Positions 52,958 to 64,000 of a DNA stretch of 64,000 nt are shown here, in pieces (positions within the stretch are counted from its first letter, which is position 1; the number at the start of each line of letters is the position of its first letter). This stretch comes from an uncultured delta proteobacterium. Lineage in GTDB: Bacteria; Desulfobacterota; Binatia; DP-6. The notes below the pieces were generated by a model. That model saw only the letters and a list, made by a program, of their open reading frames with translations. It was not told where the DNA came from and searched no databases. The translations under genes were made by a program, and so were the position numbers. The stretch spans positions 800,001 through 864,000 of the forward strand of contig CAWFFN010000005.1 in NCBI GenBank assembly GCA_963815115.1. Direction: 5' to 3'.

Positions 52958-52960
52958 ACC

Positions 52961-54124
52961 ATGGGGCTCACCGGATTCGAGGTCGAGGTCCAGCGCGAGA
53001 CCGAGGGCGGCGGTTTCGTCACCGAGGACATGACGCTCAGCATGGGACCGCAGCATCCCTCGACCCACGGGGTGCTGCGCTTCGTGGTGCGCGCCGACGG
53101 CGAGGTGATGAAGGAGGCCATCCCGGACATCGGCTACCTGCATCGCTCGATCGAGAAGATCGCCGAGAAGGTGGGATGGCACGGGTTCCTCCCCTACACC
53201 GACCGCGTCGACTACGTGGCCGCCATGTTCTGCAATCACGGCTGGGCGATGGCCGCCGAGAAGCTCGCCGGCATCGAGGTGCCGAAGCGCGGCGAGTACT
53301 GCCGCGTCATCGCCGACGAGCTGTGCCGCATCCACAGCCATCTTCTGTCCGTCGGCTCCATGGCGATGGACATCGGTGCCTTCACGCCCTTCACGCACGC
53401 GATTCGCGAGCGCGAGTACCTGAACGATCTCTTCGAGGAGCTGTGCGGAGCGCGCCTCACCTTTCACTACATGCGGATCGGCGGCGTGGGATGGGATCTG
53501 CCGCCGGGCTGGACCGACAAGGTCATTCACTTCCTCGACCGCTTCGAGCCGATCGTCGACGAGTACGATCGCCTGATCTCCTACAACAAGATCTACACCG
53601 AGCGGCTCGCCGGCGTGGCGGTCATCACCGCCGAGGAAGCCGTCGACTACAATCTCGTGGGGCCCAATCTGCGGGGATCGGGGGTCTCCTACGACGTGCG
53701 CCTCGACGACCCCTACTCCGTCTATCCCGAGCTCGAGTTCGATGTCCCGGTCGGACGTGGCGAGATGGGCACTCTCGGTGACTGCTTCGACCGCTACATC
53801 GTCCGCATGCGCGAGATGCGCGAGAGCTGCCGGATCCTCCGGCAGTGCCTCCGCCAGCTCCCGGAGGGGCCGGTGATCGCCCGCGTGCCGCGCACCTTCA
53901 AGCCGCCGGCGGGCGAGTGCTACGTGCGGCTGGAGAGCGCGCGCGGCGACATGGGCTGGTACGTGGTGAGCGACGGCACGGCGTTCCCCTATCGGTGCAA
54001 GATACGCACGGGATCGTTCGCCGCCATCAGCATGACGCAGCACGTGAGCCGCAACCTGATGCTCGCCGATCTGATCGCGGTCATCGCGAGCTTCGATCTG
54101 GTGGCTCCGGAGATCGACCGGTGA
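52961..54124 (+). CDS. nuoD: complex I subunit D (cluster 2)
   Basis: [28 protein letters not shown]; no NiFe CxxC. Confidence 0.95.
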   Translation: MGLTGFEVEVQRETEGGGFVTEDMTLSMGPQHPSTHGVLRFVVRADGEVMKEAIPDIGYLHRSIEKIAEKVGWHGFLPYTDRVDYVAAMFCNHGWAMAAEKLAGIEVPKRGEYCRVIADELCRIHSHLLSVGSMAMDIGAFTPFTHAIREREYLNDLFEELCGARLTFHYMRIGGVGWDLPPGWTDKVIHFLDRFEPIVDEYDRLISYNKIYTERLAGVAVITAEEAVDYNLVGPNLRGSGVSYDVRLDDPYSVYPELEFDVPVGRGEMGTLGDCFDRYIVRMREMRESCRILRQCLRQLPEGPVIARVPRTFKPPAGECYVRLESARGDMGWYVVSDGTAFPYRCKIRTGSFAAISMTQHVSRNLMLADLIAVIASFDLVAPEIDR

Positions 54125-55359
54125 CCGAGTTCGCGTCCATGGAGTCGCTGGTCCGCGGGCTGGTCGAGACCGGCGCCGCGCCGGCAGGCCTCCCGGTCTG
54201 GGTCCATCAGCTCCTGGCCATGCTGATCTTCGGTGGCATCGTCGTGTTCGGCTTCGTGCTGCCGATCGCCGGCATCACGACGTGGGTCGAGCGCCGGGTG
54301 ATGGGCCGCATCCAGAGCCGCATCGGGCCGAACCGCGTGGGACCCCTCGGGTTCCTGCAGTGGCTCGCCGACGGCGTCAAGAACATGCTGAAGGAGGACA
54401 TCGTCCCGTCGGCCGCCGACGGGCCGCTCTTCCGTGCCGCGCCCTACGTGGTGATGACCGGCTTCGTCGGCTCCTTCGCCGTCATCCCCTTCGCCGGCAG
54501 CCTGATCGTCGCCGACCTGAACGTGGGCATCCTCTACGTGACCGCGGTGACGGCGCTGGTGGTAGTGGGCATCTTGATGGCCGGGTGGGCGTCGAACAAC
54601 AAGTGGTCGCTCCTCGGCGGCATCCGCTCCGCGGCGCAGATCGTCAGCTACGAGATCCCGGCGGGGCTCTCCATCTTCCCGGTCGTGATGCTCGCCGGCA
54701 CCCTCGGCATGCAGGGCATCATCCGCGCCCAGGGCGCGGCCCCGTGGTCGTGGTACCTGTTCGACAACCCGTTCACCTTCCTCGCCTTCTTCGTGCTCTT
54801 CGTTTCGGCGCTGGCCGAGGGCAACCGCACGCCCTTCGATCTGCCCGAGGCCGAGTCGGAGCTCGTGGCGGGTTTCGCCACCGAGTACAGCGGCATGCGC
54901 AACCTGCTCTTCTTCATGGCGGAGTGGGGCAACCTCTACGTGATCGGGGCGATCGCGACCACGCTCTTCCTCGGCGGCTGGCAGATTCCCTGGGCGCTCA
55001 CCGACTACCCGGTGCTGCGCAATGCGCTCCAGTTCGGCGTGTTCTTCTTGAAGTCGTACGCCTTCGTCGTGCTCGCCATCTGGCTGCGCTGGACGCTGCC
55101 GCGCATCCGCGTGGACCAGATGATGGAGATGTGCTGGAAGTATCTCGTGCCCATCGCGATGGTGAACTTCCTGGGAACGGCGACGTGGATGGTCGCGTTC
55201 CCGGCCGGCCTGCCGTTCGTGCGCTGGGTGCTGCTCCTCCTGTCGCTGGTGGCGCTCGTCGCCTTCGTGCGCCGGGTCGGCTTCCACATCCGCAAGGCGG
55301 GCCTCGAGCGCCGGCACCTGAGCTTCAATCCGCTCGCGACGGCACGCTCGCCCGGGTGA
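54121..55359 (+). CDS. nuoH: complex I subunit H (cluster 2)
   Basis: [35 protein letters not shown]. Confidence 0.95.
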   Translation: MTEFASMESLVRGLVETGAAPAGLPVWVHQLLAMLIFGGIVVFGFVLPIAGITTWVERRVMGRIQSRIGPNRVGPLGFLQWLADGVKNMLKEDIVPSAADGPLFRAAPYVVMTGFVGSFAVIPFAGSLIVADLNVGILYVTAVTALVVVGILMAGWASNNKWSLLGGIRSAAQIVSYEIPAGLSIFPVVMLAGTLGMQGIIRAQGAAPWSWYLFDNPFTFLAFFVLFVSALAEGNRTPFDLPEAESELVAGFATEYSGMRNLLFFMAEWGNLYVIGAIATTLFLGGWQIPWALTDYPVLRNALQFGVFFLKSYAFVVLAIWLRWTLPRIRVDQMMEMCWKYLVPIAMVNFLGTATWMVAFPAGLPFVRWVLLLLSLVALVAFVRRVGFHIRKAGLERRHLSFNPLATARSPG

Positions 55360-55364
55360 TCGCG

Positions 55365-55910
55365 ATGGGGCTGGGAACCTACCTGCGCAACATCAAGGAC
55401 GCCGTGGCGACGATCGCCGACGGCATGGCGGTGACGGCGTCGCACATGATCCGCAAGCCCGTCACCCTCGAGTATCCCGACCGCCTGCCCGACGGCGTGC
55501 GGGTGCAGGATACGCTGCCGTTCCGCTACCGCGGCATCCTGGAGGTCGATCTCGAGATCTGCACGGCCTGCCTCGCCTGCGAGCGCGCCTGTCCGATCGA
55601 TTGCATCGTCATCGAGGCCGAGAAGGACAAGGCGGCGGGCGGCCTGGTCATGACCCGCTTCGACATCGACATGGCGAAGTGCATGTACTGCGGGCTGTGC
55701 AGCGAGCCGTGCCCGACGGGCTCGATCCACCATACCCCGGAGTTCGAGGGTTCGGACTACTCGCTCGAGAGCCTGGTGCGTCGCTTCGTGAAGGCGCCCA
55801 CGCTGGCCTACAAGCCGAAGAAGGCCGGCGAGGACGACCCCGTGATCAAGCCGATCCTCGACCGGGGCATGCGCTACATCGCCGAGTTCGCGAGCCCCGA
55901 CGCGAAGTGA
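55365..55910 (+). CDS. nuoI: complex I subunit I
   Basis: VTLEYP, CTACLACERACP, CMYCGLCSEPCP. Confidence 0.94.
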   Translation: MGLGTYLRNIKDAVATIADGMAVTASHMIRKPVTLEYPDRLPDGVRVQDTLPFRYRGILEVDLEICTACLACERACPIDCIVIEAEKDKAAGGLVMTRFDIDMAKCMYCGLCSEPCPTGSIHHTPEFEGSDYSLESLVRRFVKAPTLAYKPKKAGEDDPVIKPILDRGMRYIAEFASPDAK

Positions 55911-55931
55911 TCCGGGCCCGCGCGCGGTCCG

Positions 55932-57848
55932 TCAGTTGCAGAGAGCTCCGGCGGCGTAGCAGTCGGATCCGACGCCGACGCTGAAGGTACCGGGCTGTCC
56001 GTCGCTCCCGCCCGTCCCGTCGATGCCGACCTTGCCGTTCGGCGCGCTCGGGACGTCGCCGCCGAGCGGCACGTTGAGGCCGCCCAGGCCCTTGTTGCCC
56101 CCGAGGCCGCCGTCGCCGGCCGCGCCGAAGCAGGTGAAGTCGCCCGGTACACAGGTGGCCGATCCGCCACTGCTCCCGATGGCTCCGTTGCTCTGGAACG
56201 TGACGGTGGTGAGCGTCACCGGCGTGGTGCTGAAGATCGCGCCGCCGCCGCCGCTTCCGCCGTTGCCGTTGTCGCCGCCGTTCGCTCCGTTGCCGCCGTT
56301 CCCGCCGTCGCCGCCCTGGCCGCCGGGCGTGCCGCTGCCGCCCGTGCTGCCGCCACCGCCACCACCACCGGAGCCGCCGGTGCGGCCGAAGCTCGACGGC
56401 TGCCCGGTGGCGAAGTTGCTCCGGAACGTCGTGTCCGAGACGGTCAACGTACCGCTGTTGTGGATCGCGCCGCCGAAGGCGCTGCCGCCGTCACCGCCCG
56501 AGCCGCCGTCGGTCCCGTCCTTGCCGTCGCCGCCGCTGCCGCCGATGCCGCCCTTGCCGGTGTCGTCGGGCGGCGCGGAGGTCGTTCTCGAAGAGCTGCC
56601 GCCGTTGCCGCCGTTCCCGCCGCCCCCGCCGGTGCCGCCGAACCCGCCGCGTCCCGCCATGCCGCCCTGCGCGGCGTTGCCGTCGAAGGTGCAGGTTTCG
56701 ATGGTGAGCGTGCCGGCGTTGTCGATCGCGCCGCCCATCGCGTTGCCGCCGGCGCCCCCGTCGGCGCCGTCCGAGGCCTCGCCGCCGTCTCCGCCGCGCC
56801 CGCCGGATCCGGCGTTCTTTCCGGGCCCGGCACCACCCCGGCCGCCCGGACCGCCCTGGCCGCCCCGTCCGCCCGAGCCGCCCTCGCCACCACGGCCGCC
56901 GACGGCGACGTTGCCCGTGACGCGGCAGTTCCGCAGGATGACGGAGCTGCCGGCCGCGATCAGCATCGCGCCGCCGCTGCCGTCGGAGCCGTCGTCACCC
57001 GCGCTCGCGGCGGTCGCGTCGCCGCCGGGACCACCCGGCATCCCGTTGGCTCCCTCGCCGCCATCCATTCCGAGCGATCCTTCCGCTCCCTCCTCGCCGT
57101 CCACACCCTTGTCGCCGTCGGCTCCGAGGTGGAGGCCGTCGCTGAGCGTGACGCCGTCCAGCACGAGGGTTCCGCTGCGCACGTCGAAGAGGCGGAAGGC
57201 GGGCGGGGGCGCCGACGTCGGGTTGCCGCGTGCGATGGTCACGAAGCCGTGCAGCGTCGCGCTCACGCCGTCGACCACCAGCGTGTGGTCGAGCTCGATG
57301 CGGCCGGCGCAGGGGAGATCGAGCGTCCCGCCGCTCTGCATGAGGGCCTCGAGCCGGTCGCGGTCCGACTGGTCGCAGGTGCGGCCGGGGATCGTCGTCG
57401 TGGTCGTCGCCGAGCTCGGGGTCGTCGTGGTGGTGGACGGCGCTCGGGTCGTCGTGGTGGTCGTCGTGTCCGGCGGTGGGGTGCCGTGGACGGCCTGCGG
57501 CTTCACCCCCTTCGCCCTCACCGTTCCGCTCATCGTGGTGCAGGTCGTGTCGATCAGCGCCTGGAGCGCGACCTTCTTCAGGCCGGCACAGCGGCGCCAT
57601 TTGGCGTGGACGCTGGTGCCCCGCCTCGTGCCGATCACCATGCCTTTTCTGGGCGGGCAGCCGGGACCGAGAGCGACCGTCGATCCTTCGACCGTGACGC
57701 TGTCCGCGATGACCGGCAGGCCGGCGCTCGCTTCCATGATCAGATAGGTGCTGTCGGGACAGCGCGGCGGCTTCTTCGCGACGGCCGCCGTGCCCCCGGC
57801 CGTGACGCCGAGAGCCACTGCGAGCGCGAGCAGAAGGCGGCGAATCAC
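55932..57848 (-). CDS. secreted Gly-rich (PGRS-like) protein with GGA[IM]/FxxN repeats and Thr linker
   Basis: Signal peptide; GGAML, GGAIDN, GGAIHN, GGAIFS paired with VTGN/FDGN/FRSN/FQSN; GGxGGxGG runs. Confidence 0.75.
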   Translation of the reverse strand: MIRRLLLALAVALGVTAGGTAAVAKKPPRCPDSTYLIMEASAGLPVIADSVTVEGSTVALGPGCPPRKGMVIGTRRGTSVHAKWRRCAGLKKVALQALIDTTCTTMSGTVRAKGVKPQAVHGTPPPDTTTTTTTRAPSTTTTTPSSATTTTTIPGRTCDQSDRDRLEALMQSGGTLDLPCAGRIELDHTLVVDGVSATLHGFVTIARGNPTSAPPPAFRLFDVRSGTLVLDGVTLSDGLHLGADGDKGVDGEEGAEGSLGMDGGEGANGMPGGPGGDATAASAGDDGSDGSGGAMLIAAGSSVILRNCRVTGNVAVGGRGGEGGSGGRGGQGGPGGRGGAGPGKNAGSGGRGGDGGEASDGADGGAGGNAMGGAIDNAGTLTIETCTFDGNAAQGGMAGRGGFGGTGGGGGNGGNGGSSSRTTSAPPDDTGKGGIGGSGGDGKDGTDGGSGGDGGSAFGGAIHNSGTLTVSDTTFRSNFATGQPSSFGRTGGSGGGGGGGSTGGSGTPGGQGGDGGNGGNGANGGDNGNGGSGGGGAIFSTTPVTLTTVTFQSNGAIGSSGGSATCVPGDFTCFGAAGDGGLGGNKGLGGLNVPLGGDVPSAPNGKVGIDGTGGSDGQPGTFSVGVGSDCYAAGALCN

Positions 57849-58033
57849 CGCGAAGGTGCTACCGCCGCGTGCGTCGTCGCGTCAATGAAATTGTCCGGGT
57901 GCGACCTCGCAAGTGCCAGGTCTTCCGGCGCGGCGAGCGCCCGGGTGCAACGGCCCTGTGCGCGCGATGGCCGGGGCGCCGGGCGTGCGGCGTGCGCTCG
58001 CCGGGACGCTGCGAGGGGGGTACGGTGGGGGCG

Positions 58034-59281
58034 ATGGGAAGCACGCGTGCCGGTCGCGTCTCCGCAGCGATCGTGCTCGCGGCGATCGCCCTCGCTGCGC
58101 TCGGGACCGAGCGCGCGGACGCCGCCAGCGGTTGCCTGGGCAAGCACTGGGTCGGGGTGTGGGCGGCGAGCCCATCGGATGCGCTGGGCGCGTCGTTCGT
58201 CGACCAGACGCTTCGCCTCGTCGTCAACCCGACGCTGGGCGGCGCGCGCGTCCGGGTGCGGCTGTCCAACCGCTACGGATCGCAGCCGGTGACCTTCGGT
58301 GCCGCCACCATCGCACGACGCGCATCGGGCGCGGACGCCGAGCCGGGGACGATCCGCGGGTTGCGCTTCGCACGCAAACGGCCGGTCACCGTCGATCCCG
58401 GCGGCGAGGCGGTGAGCGACCCGGTGCGGCTCAGGTTCGACGCGTTCCAGGATCTGGTGGTGAGCGTCGACGTGCAGGGCGCGAGCGGCCCGTCGACCGA
58501 GCACGTCACGGCGTTCCAGACGTCCTACGTCTCCGCGCCGGGGAGCGGGGATCAGACCGGGACGACCAGCGGTGCCGCCTTCACCGGGACGATGACGACG
58601 TGGCCGTTCCTCACCGACGTCGAGGTGCGAGCCCCCCGCCGTGTCGGAGCGCTCGTCGCGGTCGGCGACTCGATCACCGACGGCGTGGGCAGCCCGAACG
58701 ATCGGGACCGGCGCTACCCGGATCTCCTGGCGCGTCGCCTGGCTGCCGCCGGCACCAGGCTCGCGGTCCAGATCGAGGCCATCAGCGGGAACCAGGTGCT
58801 GCGGGACGCCGCGGCGCCCACGTTCGGCCCGAAGCTGCTCGATCACCTCGACCGCGACGTGCTCGACCAGGCCGGTGCACGCGTCGTGATCCTCATGGAA
58901 GGCACGAACGACATCGGGATCACCCCGCCGCCCATCGCCGCCCAGGTGATCGACGGCCTCGAGGCCGCCGTCGACCGGATGCATGGCGCCGGTCTTCGCG
59001 TGATCCTGGGTACGCTGCCCCCGTGCAGGGACTTCGCGTTCGCCCTCCACGGCACACTGGCGGCGGTCGCGGCCCGCAACCAGATCAACGACTGGATCCG
59101 GACGAGCGACGCCGCCGACGGCGTCGTCGACTTCCATGCCGCGCTGCGCGACCCGCTCGACCCGGACCGCCTGAACCCCGCGTTCGACAGCGGCGACCAC
59201 CTCCACCCCAACGCCGCCGGCTACGGCGCGATGGCCGCCGCCGTCGATCTGAATCTCCTCGCGACGGCTCGCTGCCCGTAG
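58034..59281 (+). CDS. secreted SGNH/GDSL hydrolase
   Basis: GDSITDG, ISGN, EGTND, GDHLHPN. Confidence 0.9.
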   Translation: MGSTRAGRVSAAIVLAAIALAALGTERADAASGCLGKHWVGVWAASPSDALGASFVDQTLRLVVNPTLGGARVRVRLSNRYGSQPVTFGAATIARRASGADAEPGTIRGLRFARKRPVTVDPGGEAVSDPVRLRFDAFQDLVVSVDVQGASGPSTEHVTAFQTSYVSAPGSGDQTGTTSGAAFTGTMTTWPFLTDVEVRAPRRVGALVAVGDSITDGVGSPNDRDRRYPDLLARRLAAAGTRLAVQIEAISGNQVLRDAAAPTFGPKLLDHLDRDVLDQAGARVVILMEGTNDIGITPPPIAAQVIDGLEAAVDRMHGAGLRVILGTLPPCRDFAFALHGTLAAVAARNQINDWIRTSDAADGVVDFHAALRDPLDPDRLNPAFDSGDHLHPNAAGYGAMAAAVDLNLLATARCP

Positions 59282-59322
59282 GGACTCTGGACGGTGCGCG
59301 TGCCTTCCGCTCTGGTGTCGCG

Positions 59323-60720
59323 ATGACCAGGCGCCTGATCCCCGTCGTGCTCGTCGTGGTCTGGGCGGCGATGTCCGCGGGAGTGGCCGTCGCAGCTCAT
59401 GGCCGGGGATCGATCGCCGACTCGCGGCGCAAGGACTGGCCGGTATACGGCCACGATCTGTCGAACACGCGCCTCGCGGCGCGCGAGAAGCGGATCACTC
59501 CCCGCTCGGTGGCGCGCTTGACGCCGAGCTGGACCAAGGACGGCCTGGTCGGCGTGTCGGGAACGCCGACCGTCTCGGGACACGTCGCCTACTTCGGCGA
59601 CTGGAGGGGGACGATACGGGCCGTCGAGGCGGCGACCGGCGAGGAGGTCTGGCACACGCAGATCGGAGGCTTCGTCGTCGGCGCACCGGCGATCGACGGG
59701 AAGGCGGTCTACGCCTCGAGCGGCGCCACCCTCTATCGCCTCGATCGGGACACGGGCGCGGTCCAGTGGAAGGTCGTCACCAACGAGCATCCGCTGGCCC
59801 AGATCAACGCCTCGCCGGTCGTGGTCGACGGCCTGGTCCTGCAGGGGGTCGCCAGCTTCGAGGTCACGATCCCGAAGTCGCAGTACACCTTCCGGGGGAC
59901 GATCGGCGCCTACGACGCCGACACCGGCCGCGAGGTGTGGAGGCTGTACACGACTCCGAACGATGCAGCGGGCGGTGCGGGAGTCGGCATCTGGTCGACG
60001 CCGGCCGTCGATCGCAAGCGCGGCCTGCTCTACGTCGGTAGCGGCAACACCTACGCGGAGCCGACGGCCCCGCTTTCCGATTCGATCCTCGCCGTCGAGT
60101 ACAGGACCGGCACGCTGTCGTGGTCGAGGCAGTTCACCCATCCGGACGTCTTCAGCGCCGGCCATCCCCAGGGCAAGGATGCCGACGTGGGCGCTTCACC
60201 CAACCTGTGGCGATCGCGGGGGAGGGCCCTCGTGGGAGCGGGTGACAAGGCGGGCGCGTACCACGCTCTCGATCGCGACACCGGGGAGATTGCGTGGGAA
60301 ACCACGCTGACGCCGGGCAGCGTCTTCGGCGGGGAGATCGGATCGGCGGCCCTGGTCGACGGCAAGCTCGTCGTCGTGTCGAACGTGGGCAACCCTGCCA
60401 CCAACGCACCGACCAACGTGGCCAAGGTCTTCGCGCTGGATCCTGCGTCCGGGACCATCCGCTGGGAAGCCGAGGACTTCCCGGGGAGGATCTTCGCGCC
60501 GGTCGGCGCCGTGCCCGGGGTGGCATTCGTCGGCACGGATGCCGGCACGCTGGCCGCACTCGACACCCGTACCGGCCGGAGGCTGTGGACCTACGACGCA
60601 CCCGCGCGAACCGGCTGCGGGCCGTCGATCGTGAACGGCCGCGTGCTGTGGGGCTACGGCTTCACCCTGTTCGGTGGGCCGGGTCCGGGCGGCGTCATCA
60701 GCTTCGCGCTCGGGCGCTAG
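59323..60720 (+). CDS. secreted PQQ-binding-like beta-propeller (PVA-dehydrogenase-like)
   Basis: DWPVYGHDLSNTR, repeated A.D..TG...W, IWSTPAVD, GDKAG. Confidence 0.85.
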   Translation: MTRRLIPVVLVVVWAAMSAGVAVAAHGRGSIADSRRKDWPVYGHDLSNTRLAAREKRITPRSVARLTPSWTKDGLVGVSGTPTVSGHVAYFGDWRGTIRAVEAATGEEVWHTQIGGFVVGAPAIDGKAVYASSGATLYRLDRDTGAVQWKVVTNEHPLAQINASPVVVDGLVLQGVASFEVTIPKSQYTFRGTIGAYDADTGREVWRLYTTPNDAAGGAGVGIWSTPAVDRKRGLLYVGSGNTYAEPTAPLSDSILAVEYRTGTLSWSRQFTHPDVFSAGHPQGKDADVGASPNLWRSRGRALVGAGDKAGAYHALDRDTGEIAWETTLTPGSVFGGEIGSAALVDGKLVVVSNVGNPATNAPTNVAKVFALDPASGTIRWEAEDFPGRIFAPVGAVPGVAFVGTDAGTLAALDTRTGRRLWTYDAPARTGCGPSIVNGRVLWGYGFTLFGGPGPGGVISFALGR

Positions 60721-60773
60721 CCGGCGCCGCCGTGCCCGTGGCGCCGGAGCCTGAGCGGCGTCGGCTGGCGCGG

Positions 60774-61307
60774 CTACGCCCCGTCGCGCCCGCGCCAGCT
60801 CTCGCTGCGCACCGGGTCGAGGGGCAGGGTGAGCACCTCGCTCACGAAGAACGACACCACGTAGTGCACGATGTCCATCACCGAGAGGATGCCCACCGGG
60901 CGGTTGCCGTCGTCGACCAGGGGCACGTGCCGGTAGCCGCCCACGCTCATGCGGTGCAGCGCGTAGACGATGGGATCGTCGAGCCGCAGCACCTCGGGCG
61001 CCGCCGTCATGAGCTCGCGCACGGGCCTGGAGAGGTCGACGCCCTCGAGCTTGAGCAGCAGGTCGCGCTCGGTGAGGATGCCGGTGAGGCGGCCGTCCTC
61101 GACGGCGAGCACGCAGCCGACGTGGTGCTCCCGCATGAGCCGAACGGCCTCGTCCAGGCTGGCATCCGGCGCGAGGCACAGGGGAGCGCGCGGACTGAGC
61201 AGGCGGATCGGCTCGCGGATCGTGTCCTGGTCGAGAACCCGCCGGGCGCCGGAGCGCTCGGGTTCTTCGAGGCCGGCCATCTCCTCGTCGGCGATATCGG
61301 AGTCCAT
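60774..61307 (-). CDS. CBS-domain pair protein
   Basis: LTGILTERD, GGYRHVPLVD..GILSVMD. Confidence 0.88.
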   Translation of the reverse strand: MDSDIADEEMAGLEEPERSGARRVLDQDTIREPIRLLSPRAPLCLAPDASLDEAVRLMREHHVGCVLAVEDGRLTGILTERDLLLKLEGVDLSRPVRELMTAAPEVLRLDDPIVYALHRMSVGGYRHVPLVDDGNRPVGILSVMDIVHYVVSFFVSEVLTLPLDPVRSESWRGRDGA

Positions 61308-61569
61308 GGTTCCCTCCGCGGCCAGCGCAGCGAGAGGGCGCTGGACCGTCCTCACCCGAGCACGAGCCGGGTCGAAGTGTCAACGCCGCAGGGCAGCGTC
61401 CCCCAGGCGGTCGAGGCGAGCATCCCGGACCGCGCGGCGGAGTGACGCGCCGAACGGGACCGTGCTTCGTCGTGCGCGCCGCGTGCCACGCGGTGCAGCG
61501 TTTGACCCTCGGCCACGGCATTTGCTAGACGCCGCAAGATTTCGGCTCTCCCGACCGAGATCCGCACTC

Positions 61570-62070
61570 GTGTCGACCACCATAGCCGCCTTCTATCTTC
61601 TCGCTGCGTTCATGACGGCGTCCGCGCTGGGCGTCGCCCTGGCGAACAACATCGTCTACTCCGCCTTCGCGCTCATGGGTGCGCTGCTGGGCGCGGCTGG
61701 CATCTTCGTGCTGCTCGGCGCCGACTTCCTCGGCGTGGTGCAGCTGCTGGTCTACGTCGGCGGCATCCTCGTGCTCAGCCTCTTCGCCATCATGCTCACC
61801 CATCGCATCGCCGACGTGCACGTCTCGAACCGCTCCGTCGGGCGCGGCGCCGCCACGGTGCTGGTCGGGCTCGTGCTCGTCGGCCTGATTCGCGTCGCCG
61901 TGCGGGCGACGTGGGTGACGACCGACGTCGCCGCCCCGATTCCGACCACCTACGGGGTGGGGACCGCCTTCTTGACCGACTTCGTCCTGCCGTTCGAGGT
62001 CGCGTCGCTGGTCCTCCTGGTGGCGCTCATCGGCGCCGTCATGGTCTCGCGCAAGGAGCTGGGCAGCTGA
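61570..62070 (+). CDS. nuoJ: complex I subunit J (cluster 2)
   Basis: QLLVYVGGILVL.LFAIML, LPFEVAS. Confidence 0.92.
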   Translation: MSTTIAAFYLLAAFMTASALGVALANNIVYSAFALMGALLGAAGIFVLLGADFLGVVQLLVYVGGILVLSLFAIMLTHRIADVHVSNRSVGRGAATVLVGLVLVGLIRVAVRATWVTTDVAAPIPTTYGVGTAFLTDFVLPFEVASLVLLVALIGAVMVSRKELGS

Positions 62071-62381
62071 TGGGCGGGCTGACGGTCCAGCACTTCGTGG
62101 TGCTGAGCGCCGTGGTGTTCTGCCTCGGCCTCTTCTGCGTCGTCACGCGCCGCAACGCGCTCGGGATCTTGATGGGGATCGAGCTCATCCTGAACTCCGC
62201 CAACATCAACTACGTCGCGTTCGCGCGCTACGGCGGCACCGGGTACGACGGGCAGATCTTCGCCATCTTCGTCATCATGCTCGCCGCCGCCGGGGCCGCC
62301 ATCGGCCTCGCCATCGTCCTCGGCATCTACCAGATGTTCGAGACCATCGACGTCGACGCGACGGACCGTCTGCGCGGATGA
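62070..62381 (+). CDS. nuoK: complex I subunit K (cluster 2)
   Basis: GIELILNSANIN, GQIF..LAAAGAAIGLA. Confidence 0.92.
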   Translation: MGGLTVQHFVVLSAVVFCLGLFCVVTRRNALGILMGIELILNSANINYVAFARYGGTGYDGQIFAIFVIMLAAAGAAIGLAIVLGIYQMFETIDVDATDRLRG

Positions 62382-62397
62382 GCCGCACGGGACCCGC

Positions 62398-64000
<1,603 letters not shown>

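Noticed and set aside
56023-57747. Pro-rich 574-aa + strand ORF
   Set aside because: Antisense mirror of the Gly-rich gene (GGC/GGN read as CCG/NCC)

Overview
GC-rich bacterial chromosomal window. The gene repertoire and the Cys/Thr-rich secreted proteins suggest a deltaproteobacterial, probably Binatia-like organism (inference). Housekeeping genes include rlmD-like (frameshifted), an M23 peptidase, a Nudix CoA pyrophosphatase, dciA-like, nrdJ with tandem NrdR boxes, gcvH-like, ftsB, amgK-murU, panE, lemA-TPM and cobS. There are two different partial complex I (nuo) clusters: A-C-D-E-H-J-K-L-N, and A-B-C-D-H-I-[4 unrelated genes]-J-K-L (runs off the end). A cobalamin-uptake region (37.7-51.4 kb) has two B12 riboswitches, btuB, btuFCD and three riboswitch-linked secreted proteins resembling surface B12-capture proteins (a beta-propeller and a BtuH-like domain on a thrombospondin-3 stalk). 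Other oddities are a GcvH with Arg in place of the lipoyl-Lys, a 26-aa histone-H1-like peptide with its own promoter and terminator, a two-copy REP/MITE-like palindromic element, three sigma54-type promoters, probable non-canonical start codons and several frameshifts. The first ~560 nt differ in composition and carry a partial sialate O-acetylesterase gene. No tRNA, rRNA, CRISPR array or transposase was seen. All family calls are from motif recognition by eye; no searches were run.
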